DNA of 61,940 bases from Lachnospiraceae bacterium (GCA_029067805.1 JAIEDW010000368.1:1-61940); one strand, 5' to 3'. Shown: positions 38,205-48,997, numbered from the stretch's first letter. Notes: generated from the sequence alone by a model not told the origin. Numbers and translations: made by a program.

Positions 38205-39695
38205 TTAAAACTGAAAATAGATAAATTGTGCCGCATTGTATCCCTCACCGTACACGCCAAATACAATGATCATGACAAGCAGCGCCGCTACGATCACATA
38301 TTGCACTGCAAGCGGCTGCTCCTTTACAAGCGTATCAAACAACGCCTTCTTTCTTACATAATAAGCATCTACAAGAAGCAAGATCAACACTCCAAGCCAC
38401 ATGACGCTCATTTCCTTTCGATCCAATCCCAAATAATAGATGGACTCATCAAAAAGCGACCACACATCAAATGTCATAAACATTCGGTAAAGATAATACA
38501 GCGCGTCTTTTACTGTATCTGCCCGAAAGAATACCAGCGATAATACAAACAAGAAAAAGGTGCATAAACCTTGAAAGAACTGATATCCAAACGCTTTTAC
38601 GCGTACCTGAAAAAAATCTTGAAACCGCGTCTTAAGCGGTCTTAAGATATCTCCTATTATGATATAGATTCCCTGAATCGCGCCCCATGCTACATAATGC
38701 CAACTCGCGCCATGCCAAAGTCCGCTTACCGCAAACGTCAGCATTGTGTTAAAATATTTCCTTGGTGTTGAACATCTGTTTCCCCCGAGCGGAATATACA
38801 GATAATCCCGAAACCACGAACTGAGCGACACATGCCACCGTCCCCAAAATTCGCGGATACTTCTTGAAAAAAACGGCGCTTCAAAATTAATCATCAATTC
38901 AATTCCAAGCACTTTCGCCGCCCCCAGCGCAATCACGGAATAACTTGCAAAGTCACAGTAAATCTGCACCGCAAAAAGTACGATTGCAAGTGTCAGCGCC
39001 ACACCGCCGAACATATAGTAGATAGCAAATACCTGATCGACAAGAACCGCCGCTCTGTCTGCGATGACCATTTTCATAAAAAATCCCCACAGCATCATGA
39101 GCAGTCCCCTTGTGACCTTGTCAAAATCCCACATTTTCTTATGGGCTATCGTTTCAATCTGTCCCAGCAAATGATCGCTTCTCTCGATCGGTCCCGCAAC
39201 AAGCTGCGGAAAGAATGATACAAACAGTGCATACCGGATAAAGTTCTTTTCCGCTTTCACTGTTCCCCGATAAACATCAATCGTATATCCCACAGCCTGA
39301 AAGGTATAGAAAGAAATTCCAACCGGAAGTATGATGTCAAGTCTTGAAGCGCCCAATTTAATCCCAAACACAGAAAGAACCGCGGCAATCGTATCATGCA
39401 GAAAGTAAAAATACTTATAAAAGACAAGAATCCCAAAATTGATCACAAGGCTTGCAATCAAAATAAACAGGCGTTTTCTTTTGCACTCTCCGTCTATGCG
39501 CACTGTAAAGATACCGCACAAATATGTGATGACCGTGGATATCAAGATCAGGAGCGCATATTTTGCGTTCCAGCCCATATAAAAGTAATAGCTTGCCAAC
39601 AAAAGCCACAACTGCCGAAACCGTTTGGGCATGACATAAAACAGCAGCACAACAATCGGAAAAAAGACTAAAAAATCAAACGAAGTAAACTGCAT
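38205..39695 (-). CDS. MBOAT O-acyltransferase (AlgI/PatA type)
   Basis: LPVGISFYTFQ, FFPQLVAGPIER, EFWGRWHVSLSSWFRDYLYIPLGGNR, SGLWHGA, C-terminal FIYFQF. Confidence 0.93.
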   Translation of the reverse strand: MQFTSFDFLVFFPIVVLLFYVMPKRFRQLWLLLASYYFYMGWNAKYALLILISTVITYLCGIFTVRIDGECKRKRLFILIASLVINFGILVFYKYFYFLHDTIAAVLSVFGIKLGASRLDIILPVGISFYTFQAVGYTIDVYRGTVKAEKNFIRYALFVSFFPQLVAGPIERSDHLLGQIETIAHKKMWDFDKVTRGLLMMLWGFFMKMVIADRAAVLVDQVFAIYYMFGGVALTLAIVLFAVQIYCDFASYSVIALGAAKVLGIELMINFEAPFFSRSIREFWGRWHVSLSSWFRDYLYIPLGGNRCSTPRKYFNTMLTFAVSGLWHGASWHYVAWGAIQGIYIIIGDILRPLKTRFQDFFQVRVKAFGYQFFQGLCTFFLFVLSLVFFRADTVKDALYYLYRMFMTFDVWSLFDESIYYLGLDRKEMSVMWLGVLILLLVDAYYVRKKALFDTLVKEQPLAVQYVIVAALLVMIIVFGVYGEGYNAAQFIYFQF

Positions 39696-39710
39696 CCTCT
39701 TCTCCCTTTC

Positions 39711-40733
39711 CTATTTCTTTCGTATATGATTGCGGTAAAAATGCAGCATTTGAAAATAGATCAAAAACCGAAACGGCGATTTTAGATGCATCGCGGCAAG
39801 CTTTTTTTGCTCCGCGTCAAACTCCTTCTGATAATAGATATTATCCTGAAAATCAGGGAACTCCTGCTTGATGCCGTCCGCAATCTGACGCAGGAAATCA
39901 AGTCTTGGATGTTTCATGCCAAGCATATAAGTAAACAGGGTATTCATATAATAAAGCTTCGAAAACGCAAACTCGAACTCCAGTTTATATTTCTTGTAAA
40001 ATCCGTACTTTCTTGCCTCCTCGATCAGCATCTTTCCCATCGATAGTCTTGCCTCACATTTTTCCCTGGTAATCGCATGTACGGTTGAAAGATTATGTTG
40101 ATAATAATAGTAAAGCGGCTCCTCCACCTTCTCGAAATGCGCAAAATGGAGCATCCATATCGGTGACGCGCAGTTATCCTCATAAAACGTCCGCTCGGGA
40201 AACCGCAGATGATTCGCATCAATTACATTCTTTCGATACACCTTGATCACCATGCTTCCCGGATTCATCACAAGCAGCTTATACTTCTCGCGGTCGAGCA
40301 CACCTGTCTGCTCAAGTGTGTTGTTCGGCATCAGCTTCCCGACCCTCATGCTCTGCGTATCAGTCATGCAGTAATCGCACCCTACCACGTCCGCACCCGT
40401 CTGCTCCGCCTTAGAAAGCAGCTTTTCATACATATCGGGAGCAATCCAGTCGTCAGAATCGACAAAACCGATCCACATTCCCTTTGCCGCGTCGATGCCT
40501 TTATTTCGCGCACCGCCCTGTTTTACGTTCTCATATGACTGTATCACCTTAAATTTCCACGGATAATTGGACTCATATTCATGCAGGATTGCAAGAGAGT
40601 TGTCCGTCGACGCATCGTCCACAGCTATGATTTCATAGTCCGATATCGTCTGGTTCACAAGGGAATCAAGGCAGAACTTAAGCTTATTCCCTCCCGCCAT
40701 ATTGTAGACCGGCACCACGATACTGAGCTTCAT
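39711..40733 (-). CDS. GT2 glycosyltransferase
   Basis: SIVVPVYN, VDDASTD, GGARNKG, FVDSDD, YED. Confidence 0.9.
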   Translation of the reverse strand: MKLSIVVPVYNMAGGNKLKFCLDSLVNQTISDYEIIAVDDASTDNSLAILHEYESNYPWKFKVIQSYENVKQGGARNKGIDAAKGMWIGFVDSDDWIAPDMYEKLLSKAEQTGADVVGCDYCMTDTQSMRVGKLMPNNTLEQTGVLDREKYKLLVMNPGSMVIKVYRKNVIDANHLRFPERTFYEDNCASPIWMLHFAHFEKVEEPLYYYYQHNLSTVHAITREKCEARLSMGKMLIEEARKYGFYKKYKLEFEFAFSKLYYMNTLFTYMLGMKHPRLDFLRQIADGIKQEFPDFQDNIYYQKEFDAEQKKLAAMHLKSPFRFLIYFQMLHFYRNHIRKK

Positions 40734-40762
40734 ACCTTATCCCTCCTGTCCGCTTTTTCAAT

Positions 40763-42499
40763 CTATGCCTGTACAATTTTTCCGTTTTCCACCACAAACA
40801 CCATATCACATTTCTCAATTGTCTGTAGCCTGTGTGCAATAATAACAAGTGTTTTTTTACCATGCAGCCTGTTAATAGATTCCATAATCGCCGCTTCCGT
40901 TTCATTGTCAAGCGCCGACGTTGCCTCGTCCAAAATCAATACCTCGGGATCATTGTAAAGCGCCCGTGCAATACCAATCCTCTGCCGTTGTCCGCCCGAA
41001 AGCCGAATACCGCGCTCACCGATTCCCGTATGCACACCTTCGGGAAGTGTCTTTACAAACGTGTCAAGCTGCGCCTCCTTTAAGGCATACCAAAGCTTCT
41101 CATCGTCAATCTCCTCCTCGGGCACGCCAAACGCAACATTTTTTCGAATATCCGCATCAAGCAGAAAGATCATCTGCGGAATGTACCCCACATTGGCGAG
41201 CCACTCCCTGTAGTGCTCCTGAATATCCACATCATCCGCAAGCACTTTTCCGCCCTGTAACTTTAAAAGTCCCAACAAAATATCAATAATTGTCGTCTTT
41301 CCCGCGCCGCTTGCGCCCTTGATACCAATGGATTTGCCAATCGGAAAGCTGACCGTCGCATTGTCAAAAATCAGCTTGTCCGAGTTCGGATAATGGTAAG
41401 TAATATTCGAAAGCTTCACCTCTCTTGTAACAGGAAGCTTTTCTTTCGCCACTACCGCATACGAAATATCCGTGTGCGCATCATCGGTTTCCTCGATTAA
41501 ATTGTCACTCACGTTAAAGAAAAACGGCTCGTTAAACGCCATACTTGTCATTTGGTTGTTGATACGGCTTGCCGCCGGCAAAAGACGCATCGCGGCAATT
41601 CCAAATGCCGCAAAAAGCGATACCATGGACGACACATCGGCGCCAATCAAGATCAATACCATAATATATCCCAAAAGTCCCGCAAGGCACACCGTTTCTA
41701 TCAGGAGCTTTGGCGTGTTGTTGAACAGGCTGAACCGCTCCATCGCCTTGACATAGCCCTCGCCGACTTTGCAATATTCTCCGACAAAATACTGCTCCCG
41801 TCCCGCGACCTTAATCTCCTTGATGCCCTGTACTGTCTGGGAAATCCACGCGAACATCGCCGCGCCGTAATCCTGATTTTCCTTGCCCGTGCGGTTCATG
41901 ATCGGCTTGATGATATTTTTGATCACCATCAGCGTTACGAGCAAAAGCACTGCGATCACCACAGTCATCACAGGGTCCTCGATTGCAAGCGCAACTACAA
42001 GGAATACAGCCACGATCGCTTCCGACGCAATCTGCAGAACCGACATGATGAGCGCGTACATGTTGCTCACGTCTGCCGTTATGCTTCTCTGGATCACAGA
42101 CGTTTCCGCATCAAGATAATACTCGTACTCGCGTCTTACAAAATTTTTCATGAGACTCGATGCCGTCTGAAACTGGTTATTATACACAAAGCGGTAAAGA
42201 TTGCGCTGCAAGAAAAACGCAAAGATATTTTTCGCGGCATAAAGCCCGATCAAAAACAGAATCGCAAGCACGGAAAACTGCACCGTGTTCTGCAAATGAA
42301 GCAATTCACATATCTTTTTGTATGTTTCCCCCTGCTCTAGCACCACGGGATTGATGATCAGCTGTACCACTGCCATGACCATCATGACCGCGCCCGTTTC
42401 AAGCCCCGCCGATATGATCATCATCACGAGAAGCCGCGCCATCTGCCCTTTTTGCTTTTTATCCATCAAGATATTGATCTTTTTTAATATTTTCAGCAT
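40763..42499 (-). CDS. ABC transporter (TMD+NBD), PglK/Wzk-like lipid-linked glycan flippase
   Basis: 6-TM domain; GASGAGKTT, LSGGQRQRIGIARALY, ILDEATSALD; GIKEIK and RLLP motifs. Confidence 0.85.
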   Translation of the reverse strand: MLKILKKINILMDKKQKGQMARLLVMMIISAGLETGAVMMVMAVVQLIINPVVLEQGETYKKICELLHLQNTVQFSVLAILFLIGLYAAKNIFAFFLQRNLYRFVYNNQFQTASSLMKNFVRREYEYYLDAETSVIQRSITADVSNMYALIMSVLQIASEAIVAVFLVVALAIEDPVMTVVIAVLLLVTLMVIKNIIKPIMNRTGKENQDYGAAMFAWISQTVQGIKEIKVAGREQYFVGEYCKVGEGYVKAMERFSLFNNTPKLLIETVCLAGLLGYIMVLILIGADVSSMVSLFAAFGIAAMRLLPAASRINNQMTSMAFNEPFFFNVSDNLIEETDDAHTDISYAVVAKEKLPVTREVKLSNITYHYPNSDKLIFDNATVSFPIGKSIGIKGASGAGKTTIIDILLGLLKLQGGKVLADDVDIQEHYREWLANVGYIPQMIFLLDADIRKNVAFGVPEEEIDDEKLWYALKEAQLDTFVKTLPEGVHTGIGERGIRLSGGQRQRIGIARALYNDPEVLILDEATSALDNETEAAIMESINRLHGKKTLVIIAHRLQTIEKCDMVFVVENGKIVQA

Positions 42500-42521
42500 T
42501 CGTTAATCCCCCATGCTACCA

Positions 42522-43640
42522 TTAACCATTCGCAAGCTTCAGCCCCGCTTTTTTATTATAAGCATGTTTTTCGGGTTCTTCATACGCGTCCCAAAACGAC
42601 GCGCCGAGGTTTATTTTTTCCTCCACGAAATCCATGCTGTTCATAGCGGTTGTCAATATTGACACAGCGCGTTTTATCTTAAGTCCCTCAAAGAAATTCA
42701 AAACCTCCACGGGAAAACGCCCCCGAAGCACCACAGCGTCGGGACAAAGTTTCGCATAATCGATCATATCCCTCGGGTGCGATTTGATCAACACGCGATA
42801 GCCTTTACAGTATTTCTCAAGAATGTCTAAGCAGACCTTTTTCCTTGCTTCCTCATCTACAGGATGCGGCTCCGTCAAAAAACAGGCAAATTCCTCGCCC
42901 TCATAAGAAGGTTTCAACTGCTCCATAAGCGCATCCGCATCCTCGATAAACGCCTGTATCATCAGTTTTTTCTGCTCCGATGTCAGCGCCGCCTCAAGCG
43001 GTTTGCGCGGTTCCTCCACAAAGCGCGGACAGTCCGTCGGCACAACGCTCCTGTCGTTGATTTCCATGTCAAGGCAGTATTTTCCCCAACCGTTCATGAT
43101 AAAAATGAGGTTGTGACGGGAAAACCACGTCTTTAACTTAAAATGCGAGCTGTTTGCCACATACGCATCATCAAGGTTTTTTAAGCAGTCAAGCCCGTCC
43201 TCCACCGCATGATAATAAATATGCCTGTAATTCAGATAATATCCGATCGGGTCACTGTCGCAGAACACATAGATGTCCTTATACGCTTTAAAATCAATCT
43301 TATCCATATATGGTCTTTCACATCTGGCAAGCTTCTTCGTAAAAATCATGCGGTTTATCATATGCTTAATAACATTGCTGTAATTTGCGCGATACTTTGC
43401 AAGCTCGGGAAAAAACTCCTCCCGTTTCTCGTCAAGCGCAATAATTTCTCCAAAAATCCCCGTGCTTTTCAGCCGTTCCCCCAAGTTTTCAAAATTCGTG
43501 GATATCGCGCTCAGCGCGATATCCGCTTTTTGATATTGGTCGGACGGCTGCATCCTTGCAAGCTTCATTTCCTTTAAAATCGACACATAAACATGATAAA
43601 ATGTGTGACATACATAGATTCTGCTCTTTGTTTTTTTCAT
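42522..43640 (-). CDS. Sialyltransferase-like GT-B enzyme, candidate pseudaminyl transferase
   Basis: T.YH N-terminal motif, EDG motif, K.HPRD motif and P.E motif of bacterial nonulosonate transferases. Confidence 0.75.
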   Translation of the reverse strand: MKKTKSRIYVCHTFYHVYVSILKEMKLARMQPSDQYQKADIALSAISTNFENLGERLKSTGIFGEIIALDEKREEFFPELAKYRANYSNVIKHMINRMIFTKKLARCERPYMDKIDFKAYKDIYVFCDSDPIGYYLNYRHIYYHAVEDGLDCLKNLDDAYVANSSHFKLKTWFSRHNLIFIMNGWGKYCLDMEINDRSVVPTDCPRFVEEPRKPLEAALTSEQKKLMIQAFIEDADALMEQLKPSYEGEEFACFLTEPHPVDEEARKKVCLDILEKYCKGYRVLIKSHPRDMIDYAKLCPDAVVLRGRFPVEVLNFFEGLKIKRAVSILTTAMNSMDFVEEKINLGASFWDAYEEPEKHAYNKKAGLKLANG

Positions 43641-43648
43641 GCTGCTCC

Positions 43649-44842
43649 TTATTTTATGCGGGTATAATGATATCCCTCTTTAGGTGAGATAACAGGCGCT
43701 ACGCTAAGTGGTCCGTCCTTTTGCGCATTGACTGCTCCCTTTAAAAGACCCTCGCTGAACGCGTAAAGCCGATCAGCCGCTTCCTGCGGATTCCACGTTT
43801 TCGTAATCGTATTATAGGCGCTGATTCCAAGCTGCTTTCTGAGCGCACCGTCCGCACAGAGCCGCAACACATATGCGCGAAACTCCTTAAAATCTCCCGT
43901 CTTATATACCAGTCCGTTTTCCTCATGCTTTAACAGAAATGGCACAGCTCCAATGCCATGCCCCGCCACTACGGCGCATGCGCTGTTCATCGCCTCGTTT
44001 AAGACGGCGCCCCAGCCTTCCAAATAGTTGCTGGTAAACAGAAAAATGTCCGCCTCCTCCATATATCGCCGCACACTCTGCGGCGGCTGAAAGCCATGAA
44101 ACGTCACCTCGTCCGCAAGCTTAAAACGCTTCACCATTTGCTTTAGTTTTTCCTCAAGCACACCTCCGCCCACCATATCAAGATGAAAGGAAATATTTTG
44201 TGTTTTTAGGTATTTTGCGGCTTTTATCGCATATTCCGGATGCTTTAGTTTCAAAAAACGCCCCGCCCACAACAAACGCACCTGTGTGTTTCCGTTCTGA
44301 TCCACATGGAGTTTTCGAAAAAACAGATTGTCCAAATTGTAGGTGTTTACAGCCGGAAAATAGCCCCACATAAATTTCTTGTTCGGATAGGCATGTACAA
44401 TCTCGAAATCCGACGCCACATACGCCCCGTGGCACAAAAGATAGACCGGCGCGTCCGCATAGCGTCCGTGATCCTCATACTTCTTTTTCCTCCCCCTCGG
44501 AGAAATCGACTTCCACTGTCCCTCACGGTACAGACGTTCGCTTGCGCGAATCACGATCTTACCAGCCTTAAGTCTTGGCTTAATATAACGCTCATCCTCA
44601 ACCCCGCCAAAAACAACGATATCACTCTCCATCATTAAATCCGCGCAGGATTCTGCCTCCTCATAATAAAGCTTTAGATAAGGAATATTTTGCACCTCAT
44701 TTCCCCACCCCATCTTTACCCGGTCCTCTTCCATGGGTGAGGTCTGTATAAAGGCAAAGTCGTTCCCGAGCTGCTGATACAGCGCATCTGCCATCGGTAT
44801 CTGGTGATGATTGATATAGTTAGATACAATCGTTAATTTCAT
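43649..44842 (-). CDS. GT4 glycosyltransferase
   Basis: WAGRFLKLKH; SNYLEGWGAVLNEAM. Confidence 0.88.
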   Translation of the reverse strand: MKLTIVSNYINHHQIPMADALYQQLGNDFAFIQTSPMEEDRVKMGWGNEVQNIPYLKLYYEEAESCADLMMESDIVVFGGVEDERYIKPRLKAGKIVIRASERLYREGQWKSISPRGRKKKYEDHGRYADAPVYLLCHGAYVASDFEIVHAYPNKKFMWGYFPAVNTYNLDNLFFRKLHVDQNGNTQVRLLWAGRFLKLKHPEYAIKAAKYLKTQNISFHLDMVGGGVLEEKLKQMVKRFKLADEVTFHGFQPPQSVRRYMEEADIFLFTSNYLEGWGAVLNEAMNSACAVVAGHGIGAVPFLLKHEENGLVYKTGDFKEFRAYVLRLCADGALRKQLGISAYNTITKTWNPQEAADRLYAFSEGLLKGAVNAQKDGPLSVAPVISPKEGYHYTRIK

Positions 44843-46121
44843 GATAAATCTCCATCAATCTGTTATAGTTCGTTTCCGGATCGTGCGTTTTCATTGCGTG
44901 CGCTCTCGCATTCGCGGAAAAATACATCGCAAGTTTATCATCATCAAATATTTGTAAAATAGCGTCCTTCATTCGTGCAGATTTATCCTTTGGATAGAGC
45001 AGACCTTCCTTTTTGTCTGTCAAAAGATTGTGTACGCCGCCCACATCGGCAGATACGACGGGCACGCCAAGAAGCATCGCCTCCCCCACCGAGTTCGGCG
45101 AATTCTCAATCGCAGACGGGCATAAAAAAACATGTGTTTTCAAAAACCTTGCGCACATTCTGTCGGAGTGGAGCCTTCCGACAAACTTCACATAGTCTTG
45201 CAAATTATTTTTCTTAATCTGTTTCAGTAAATACTTTCCGTATCCGGACAGCTTGATCTTATCCTTTAAGCTGTCATTTGCCGTTATCACATCGCCCGCC
45301 ACATAAACCACGGTATGTTCATATTCCTCAATAATCTCAGGAAGAATGTCAAGCACATAGTGCAGTCCCTTGATCGGATAATTTCCCTGACTTATAAAAA
45401 TGGAATACGGTTCTATCTTATCTATGTTCCATTTGTTTTCATAAAATTCACTTCGGAGCGTTTCATTCAAAAAATGATAGACTGCCTGTGGCGCAAGCTT
45501 CTTCGTCATCTCCCTGTCAAAATCGGTTCTTCCTGTAACATGCCCCACGCGCGAAAGCGCCTCCGCTTCATATTCTCCGCGCTTTTTGAACTTCTCCTGC
45601 TGCTCAAGGAGTCCGTCTTTTTTTACGATATCCCGAAATGTTTTCTTCTTCTGCGCCGCAAGCGGCAAACCTGCCATATACACATCCGCAATTGCACTGC
45701 AAAGCCCCTGTATTCCGATCAGTGTGCGCTGCGGATTGTTGAATGCTTTTACCGCTGCGAGCGTATGCGGATATTCCGTGCCGAAGATATGCAGCACATC
45801 CGGTTTAAAATCATCGATCACGGCGCCAAGGCTCTCCTCTATACCGGCATCATAGTTTTCCGGATGGTTGGTATCCTCTCTGAAAATGTAATAGTCAATT
45901 CCATCCGCCATAGCTTTCGCAAAGAGCGAGGTATCTGTCTTTACCATATTCAGATGATCCGATTCCGGAAAGCAAATAGCAAGTGTTATGTTATTTTGCG
46001 CACCGTTTCGCACCAGTCTGTCTGCCAGTCCCGAAAGCCAGCCTTCCTTGACAACAATCTTCTGTCCAAGACTTTTGGCTATGAACGGAAGCATGATATT
46101 GCATAACCAGAGTATTCTCAT
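44820..46121 (-). CDS. GT4 glycosyltransferase
   Basis: MRILW, PDVLHIFGTE, PSAIENSPNSVGEAMLLGVP; ATG 46121 behind AGGAGG. Confidence 0.88.
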   Translation of the reverse strand: MRILWLCNIMLPFIAKSLGQKIVVKEGWLSGLADRLVRNGAQNNITLAICFPESDHLNMVKTDTSLFAKAMADGIDYYIFREDTNHPENYDAGIEESLGAVIDDFKPDVLHIFGTEYPHTLAAVKAFNNPQRTLIGIQGLCSAIADVYMAGLPLAAQKKKTFRDIVKKDGLLEQQEKFKKRGEYEAEALSRVGHVTGRTDFDREMTKKLAPQAVYHFLNETLRSEFYENKWNIDKIEPYSIFISQGNYPIKGLHYVLDILPEIIEEYEHTVVYVAGDVITANDSLKDKIKLSGYGKYLLKQIKKNNLQDYVKFVGRLHSDRMCARFLKTHVFLCPSAIENSPNSVGEAMLLGVPVVSADVGGVHNLLTDKKEGLLYPKDKSARMKDAILQIFDDDKLAMYFSANARAHAMKTHDPETNYNRLMEIYHEINDCI

Positions 46122-46122
46122 A

Positions 46123-46968
46123 CTAGTCCTCCTTTTTGGGTGTTCCTGCTCCAATCATTCGATATAAAAATGTTTTTATTTTATTGTAAAACACAGATAA
46201 ATATTTGTTCTCCGCAATCATACTCCGAAGCGGCGCCAGCGTAAGCAGCATGATCAGCCTGTACTTCCCGGCTTTTCTCGCTCCCATATAGCGCCGTGTA
46301 ATCTCCCTGTGCTGTCTTTGGGAACGCTTTTTATTCTCCTTGGTTTCGGAATATCCGCCGCCCTCATACGATGCAACGATAACAGGCACATATGCAATGT
46401 CCGCCTTTTTTTCATAATAACACCACAAAAAGTGCTCATAATCTGCGCGCACATTGTATTCCGGCCTATAGGCGCGCTCCGCAAACAACTTGCGATGATA
46501 AAAACAGGTCTGGTGACAGGGCACATTCCTGTAACAAGTAAAGTCATTGATTTCGGGCGCCGCATAGATAACCGTCCCCAACGCTTTCTGGTAAAGATTT
46601 CCGTATAAAATGTCAGGTATCTTATCCTGTTTTAAGATAACGTTTGATATTTTATCAAGTACAGTATCCTCATAAAAGCAGTCCCCCGCATTCATAAAAA
46701 TAAAGTAATCACCATTTGCGAACCCTACTGCCTGATTCATCGCATCGTAGATACTGCTGTCTTTTTTCTGATATATGTGAAGTCTGCTGTCCTTCACATT
46801 CTCTGCAAGCGCCTCCACGGAACCGTCCGTCGATATGCCGTCCTTTACGACAATTTCATAATGCTCGTAAGTCTGGCACAGCACGCTTTCCACAGTCGCT
46901 TTTAAACGTTCCCCCGCATTCAGACATACAACAATGATACTAAACAACGGATTATCCGAATTTTTCAT
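46123..46968 (-). CDS. GT2 glycosyltransferase (WcaE-like), candidate fucosyltransferase
   Basis: DGISTDGS, D.SIYDAMN, FMNAGD, CHQ, ADY. Confidence 0.85.
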   Translation of the reverse strand: MKNSDNPLFSIIVVCLNAGERLKATVESVLCQTYEHYEIVVKDGISTDGSVEALAENVKDSRLHIYQKKDSSIYDAMNQAVGFANGDYFIFMNAGDCFYEDTVLDKISNVILKQDKIPDILYGNLYQKALGTVIYAAPEINDFTCYRNVPCHQTCFYHRKLFAERAYRPEYNVRADYEHFLWCYYEKKADIAYVPVIVASYEGGGYSETKENKKRSQRQHREITRRYMGARKAGKYRLIMLLTLAPLRSMIAENKYLSVFYNKIKTFLYRMIGAGTPKKED

Positions 46969-46993
46969 ATCAATCCCCATTCTTATACAACTT

Positions 46994-47046
46994 GCAAATT
47001 TGTGCCTCTGCATAAATTTGTCGTGTGAAAAATTTATTTTTCACAC
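46994..47046. repeat. Hairpin family 1, copy B (double hairpin)
   Basis: gcaaatttgtgc-ctct-gcataaatttgt followed by gtgtgaaaaa-ttta-tttttcacac, 3 bp from the stop at 47050. Confidence 0.85.
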
Positions 47047-47049
47047 TGT

Positions 47050-48195
47050 TTATAGCGGCACTTCCACATACCGCTCCTCAAAAAGCCACGACCGATACGG
47101 CAAAAGTCCCACTCCCGCCTCATGCGCATGAAGCAAAAAGAACATAAAATGCACTACGCACACTGCAATTATGAGAAACCTTACCCTCGTTTTCACTGTA
47201 TTATCTTCTATTTTTTCCACCATAAGCGGTATCATCAACAACCAGGAAATACTGAAATAATAGACAATCCTTGTAACCACGGGCAAAAAGGAAAAAAACG
47301 TCGCCGCAAGAAACGCAACAAAATTCAATTGTCCGTAAAAGCGAATCTTTTGATAATCCGCATCCTTGCAAAAATCCTTTCCCATATAATGCAGAAACCA
47401 CAAATACAACAAAAGCACAGTGGCAATTCGAAGCACACTCGTAACACTCATGCCCCCGTCAAGATAAATCGTGTTTCGATACGACGGATAGAGCATCAGC
47501 GCAAGCTCTAAAAGGATTCCTCTCGCCGCAAAGCATGCCACACCCGCAATCATTCCAAGCACAAACATCCATCGTTTCCACGTAAATGTCGCAAGAAAAT
47601 ATACAGGAATCACCAAAAGCACAGACTTATGAAACAGCGCCGCAATTAAAATCCAAAAGACAAATCGGATATAATCCTTTTCAAGCACATACCGCATACA
47701 GCAAAACGCCACGGCAAGCGCAAAATAGTACCGAACTGTGTTAAACGTCTGAAAATAAATCCCAAGCGTCATAAACAAAAAGAAACTCTGCGCAAAATCC
47801 ACACTGTCCCTGTATAATACATGCAGAAACACCAAAAGCGTGACAAATCCAAAAACAGCAAAAACCGCCTCGTAATATTCACCATTAAGCAGCGTATAGA
47901 CAAAGCGCACCAGATAATTAAATCCCTGTTCCGTGACAACATATCCCCCCACATATGCCTCGTGCGCCGTGAGCGTATATTGCGGATAATCGTTTCCGAT
48001 TCCAAACCGAAGCGCGGATACTGCAAAAAGGATTGTAAAAATCCCCCACAGATACAGTTTATTCAAAGCCTGCGTTCTAAGACACACATCTGTCTTATTT
48101 TCCACTGTCACTCTGCATACTTTTTTTGACATAACACATGTTATTGAAGCTATTGCCATATAAAAGACCACGGAGCATGCCCTGTTCATACTCAA
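47050..48195 (-). CDS. EpsG-family polysaccharide polymerase (Wzy-like)
   Basis: ALRFGIGNDY..Y, EQGF, FNTVRY, ALFHKS, R..YY, LLPY; about 10 TMs. Confidence 0.85.
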   Translation of the reverse strand: MSMNRACSVVFYMAIASITCVMSKKVCRVTVENKTDVCLRTQALNKLYLWGIFTILFAVSALRFGIGNDYPQYTLTAHEAYVGGYVVTEQGFNYLVRFVYTLLNGEYYEAVFAVFGFVTLLVFLHVLYRDSVDFAQSFFLFMTLGIYFQTFNTVRYYFALAVAFCCMRYVLEKDYIRFVFWILIAALFHKSVLLVIPVYFLATFTWKRWMFVLGMIAGVACFAARGILLELALMLYPSYRNTIYLDGGMSVTSVLRIATVLLLYLWFLHYMGKDFCKDADYQKIRFYGQLNFVAFLAATFFSFLPVVTRIVYYFSISWLLMIPLMVEKIEDNTVKTRVRFLIIAVCVVHFMFFLLHAHEAGVGLLPYRSWLFEERYVEVPL

Positions 48196-48974
48196 AGCCC
48201 CTCCACTGATTTGATTCCCTTCTTCATAAGGGCAAGCGCATTCTTTTTAGGAATTTCCACACACATCACTTTACCGTGCGCCGCAATAAAGCGCACAGCC
48301 ATCGGATATGCCAAAGCGCCGTACAAAAAATGATAAAGAACTCCTCTGTCGATAAAAAATTTGTCCGTGTACCCCTGAAACCATGTCGATTCCCGCGCTC
48401 TCTCCTGTCCGATCTCTATGGGTACTGCGTACACCTTTAATCCATATTTCAGACAATCCTTCAAGAAAAGGCTGTCCTCTCCGTTACTGTACTTTGCGCC
48501 GCCCCCAAACAGCAGCGAAAACGTTATATTTGCTGCGTGAAGCTTTTCACGTTTTATCGCAAACGAATACGTCGGATACCGTCCCGCGTTCCATATGTGC
48601 ACACGATGAAATTTTTTCGTATAGTAAGTCGCCCTCGCTTCACCTACTCTCATATTAAAGAGCAGAAAATCCGCCTCCGGGTGCGTTTCAAACGCGTCCA
48701 GTACAGCTTTCTCATATCCTGCATCATACACAATGTCCTCGTCCGAAAAGAGCACAATATCACCCTCAGCCCGTAATAATGCATTGTTGCGGCTTAACCC
48801 TACCCCGCGCTCTGCAAGCGCAAAGCATTGTATCCTCTTATTTTTATGTTTGTATTCCTGATAATCAAAGTAATCCGTCTGATTGATGATGATCGCATCG
48901 CTCTCGAGATTCATACGTTCTGCCAAAGTATCCATGTCCTCGCCCACAGTCGACACCAACACTTGAAGTTTCAC
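48192..48974 (-). CDS. GT2 glycosyltransferase
   Basis: LQVLVST, INQTD, RGVGLSRN, SDED, GED. Confidence 0.85.
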   Translation of the reverse strand: MKLQVLVSTVGEDMDTLAERMNLESDAIIINQTDYFDYQEYKHKNKRIQCFALAERGVGLSRNNALLRAEGDIVLFSDEDIVYDAGYEKAVLDAFETHPEADFLLFNMRVGEARATYYTKKFHRVHIWNAGRYPTYSFAIKREKLHAANITFSLLFGGGAKYSNGEDSLFLKDCLKYGLKVYAVPIEIGQERARESTWFQGYTDKFFIDRGVLYHFLYGALAYPMAVRFIAAHGKVMCVEIPKKNALALMKKGIKSVEGL

Positions 48975-48997
48975 GCTTTCACGTCCTTTCTTCGTAG

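Noticed and set aside
38205-39695. dltB of a D-alanylation operon
   Set aside because: There is no dltA or dltC, and the C-terminal FIYFQF motif plus SGNH partner fit AlgI/PatA-type O-acylation.
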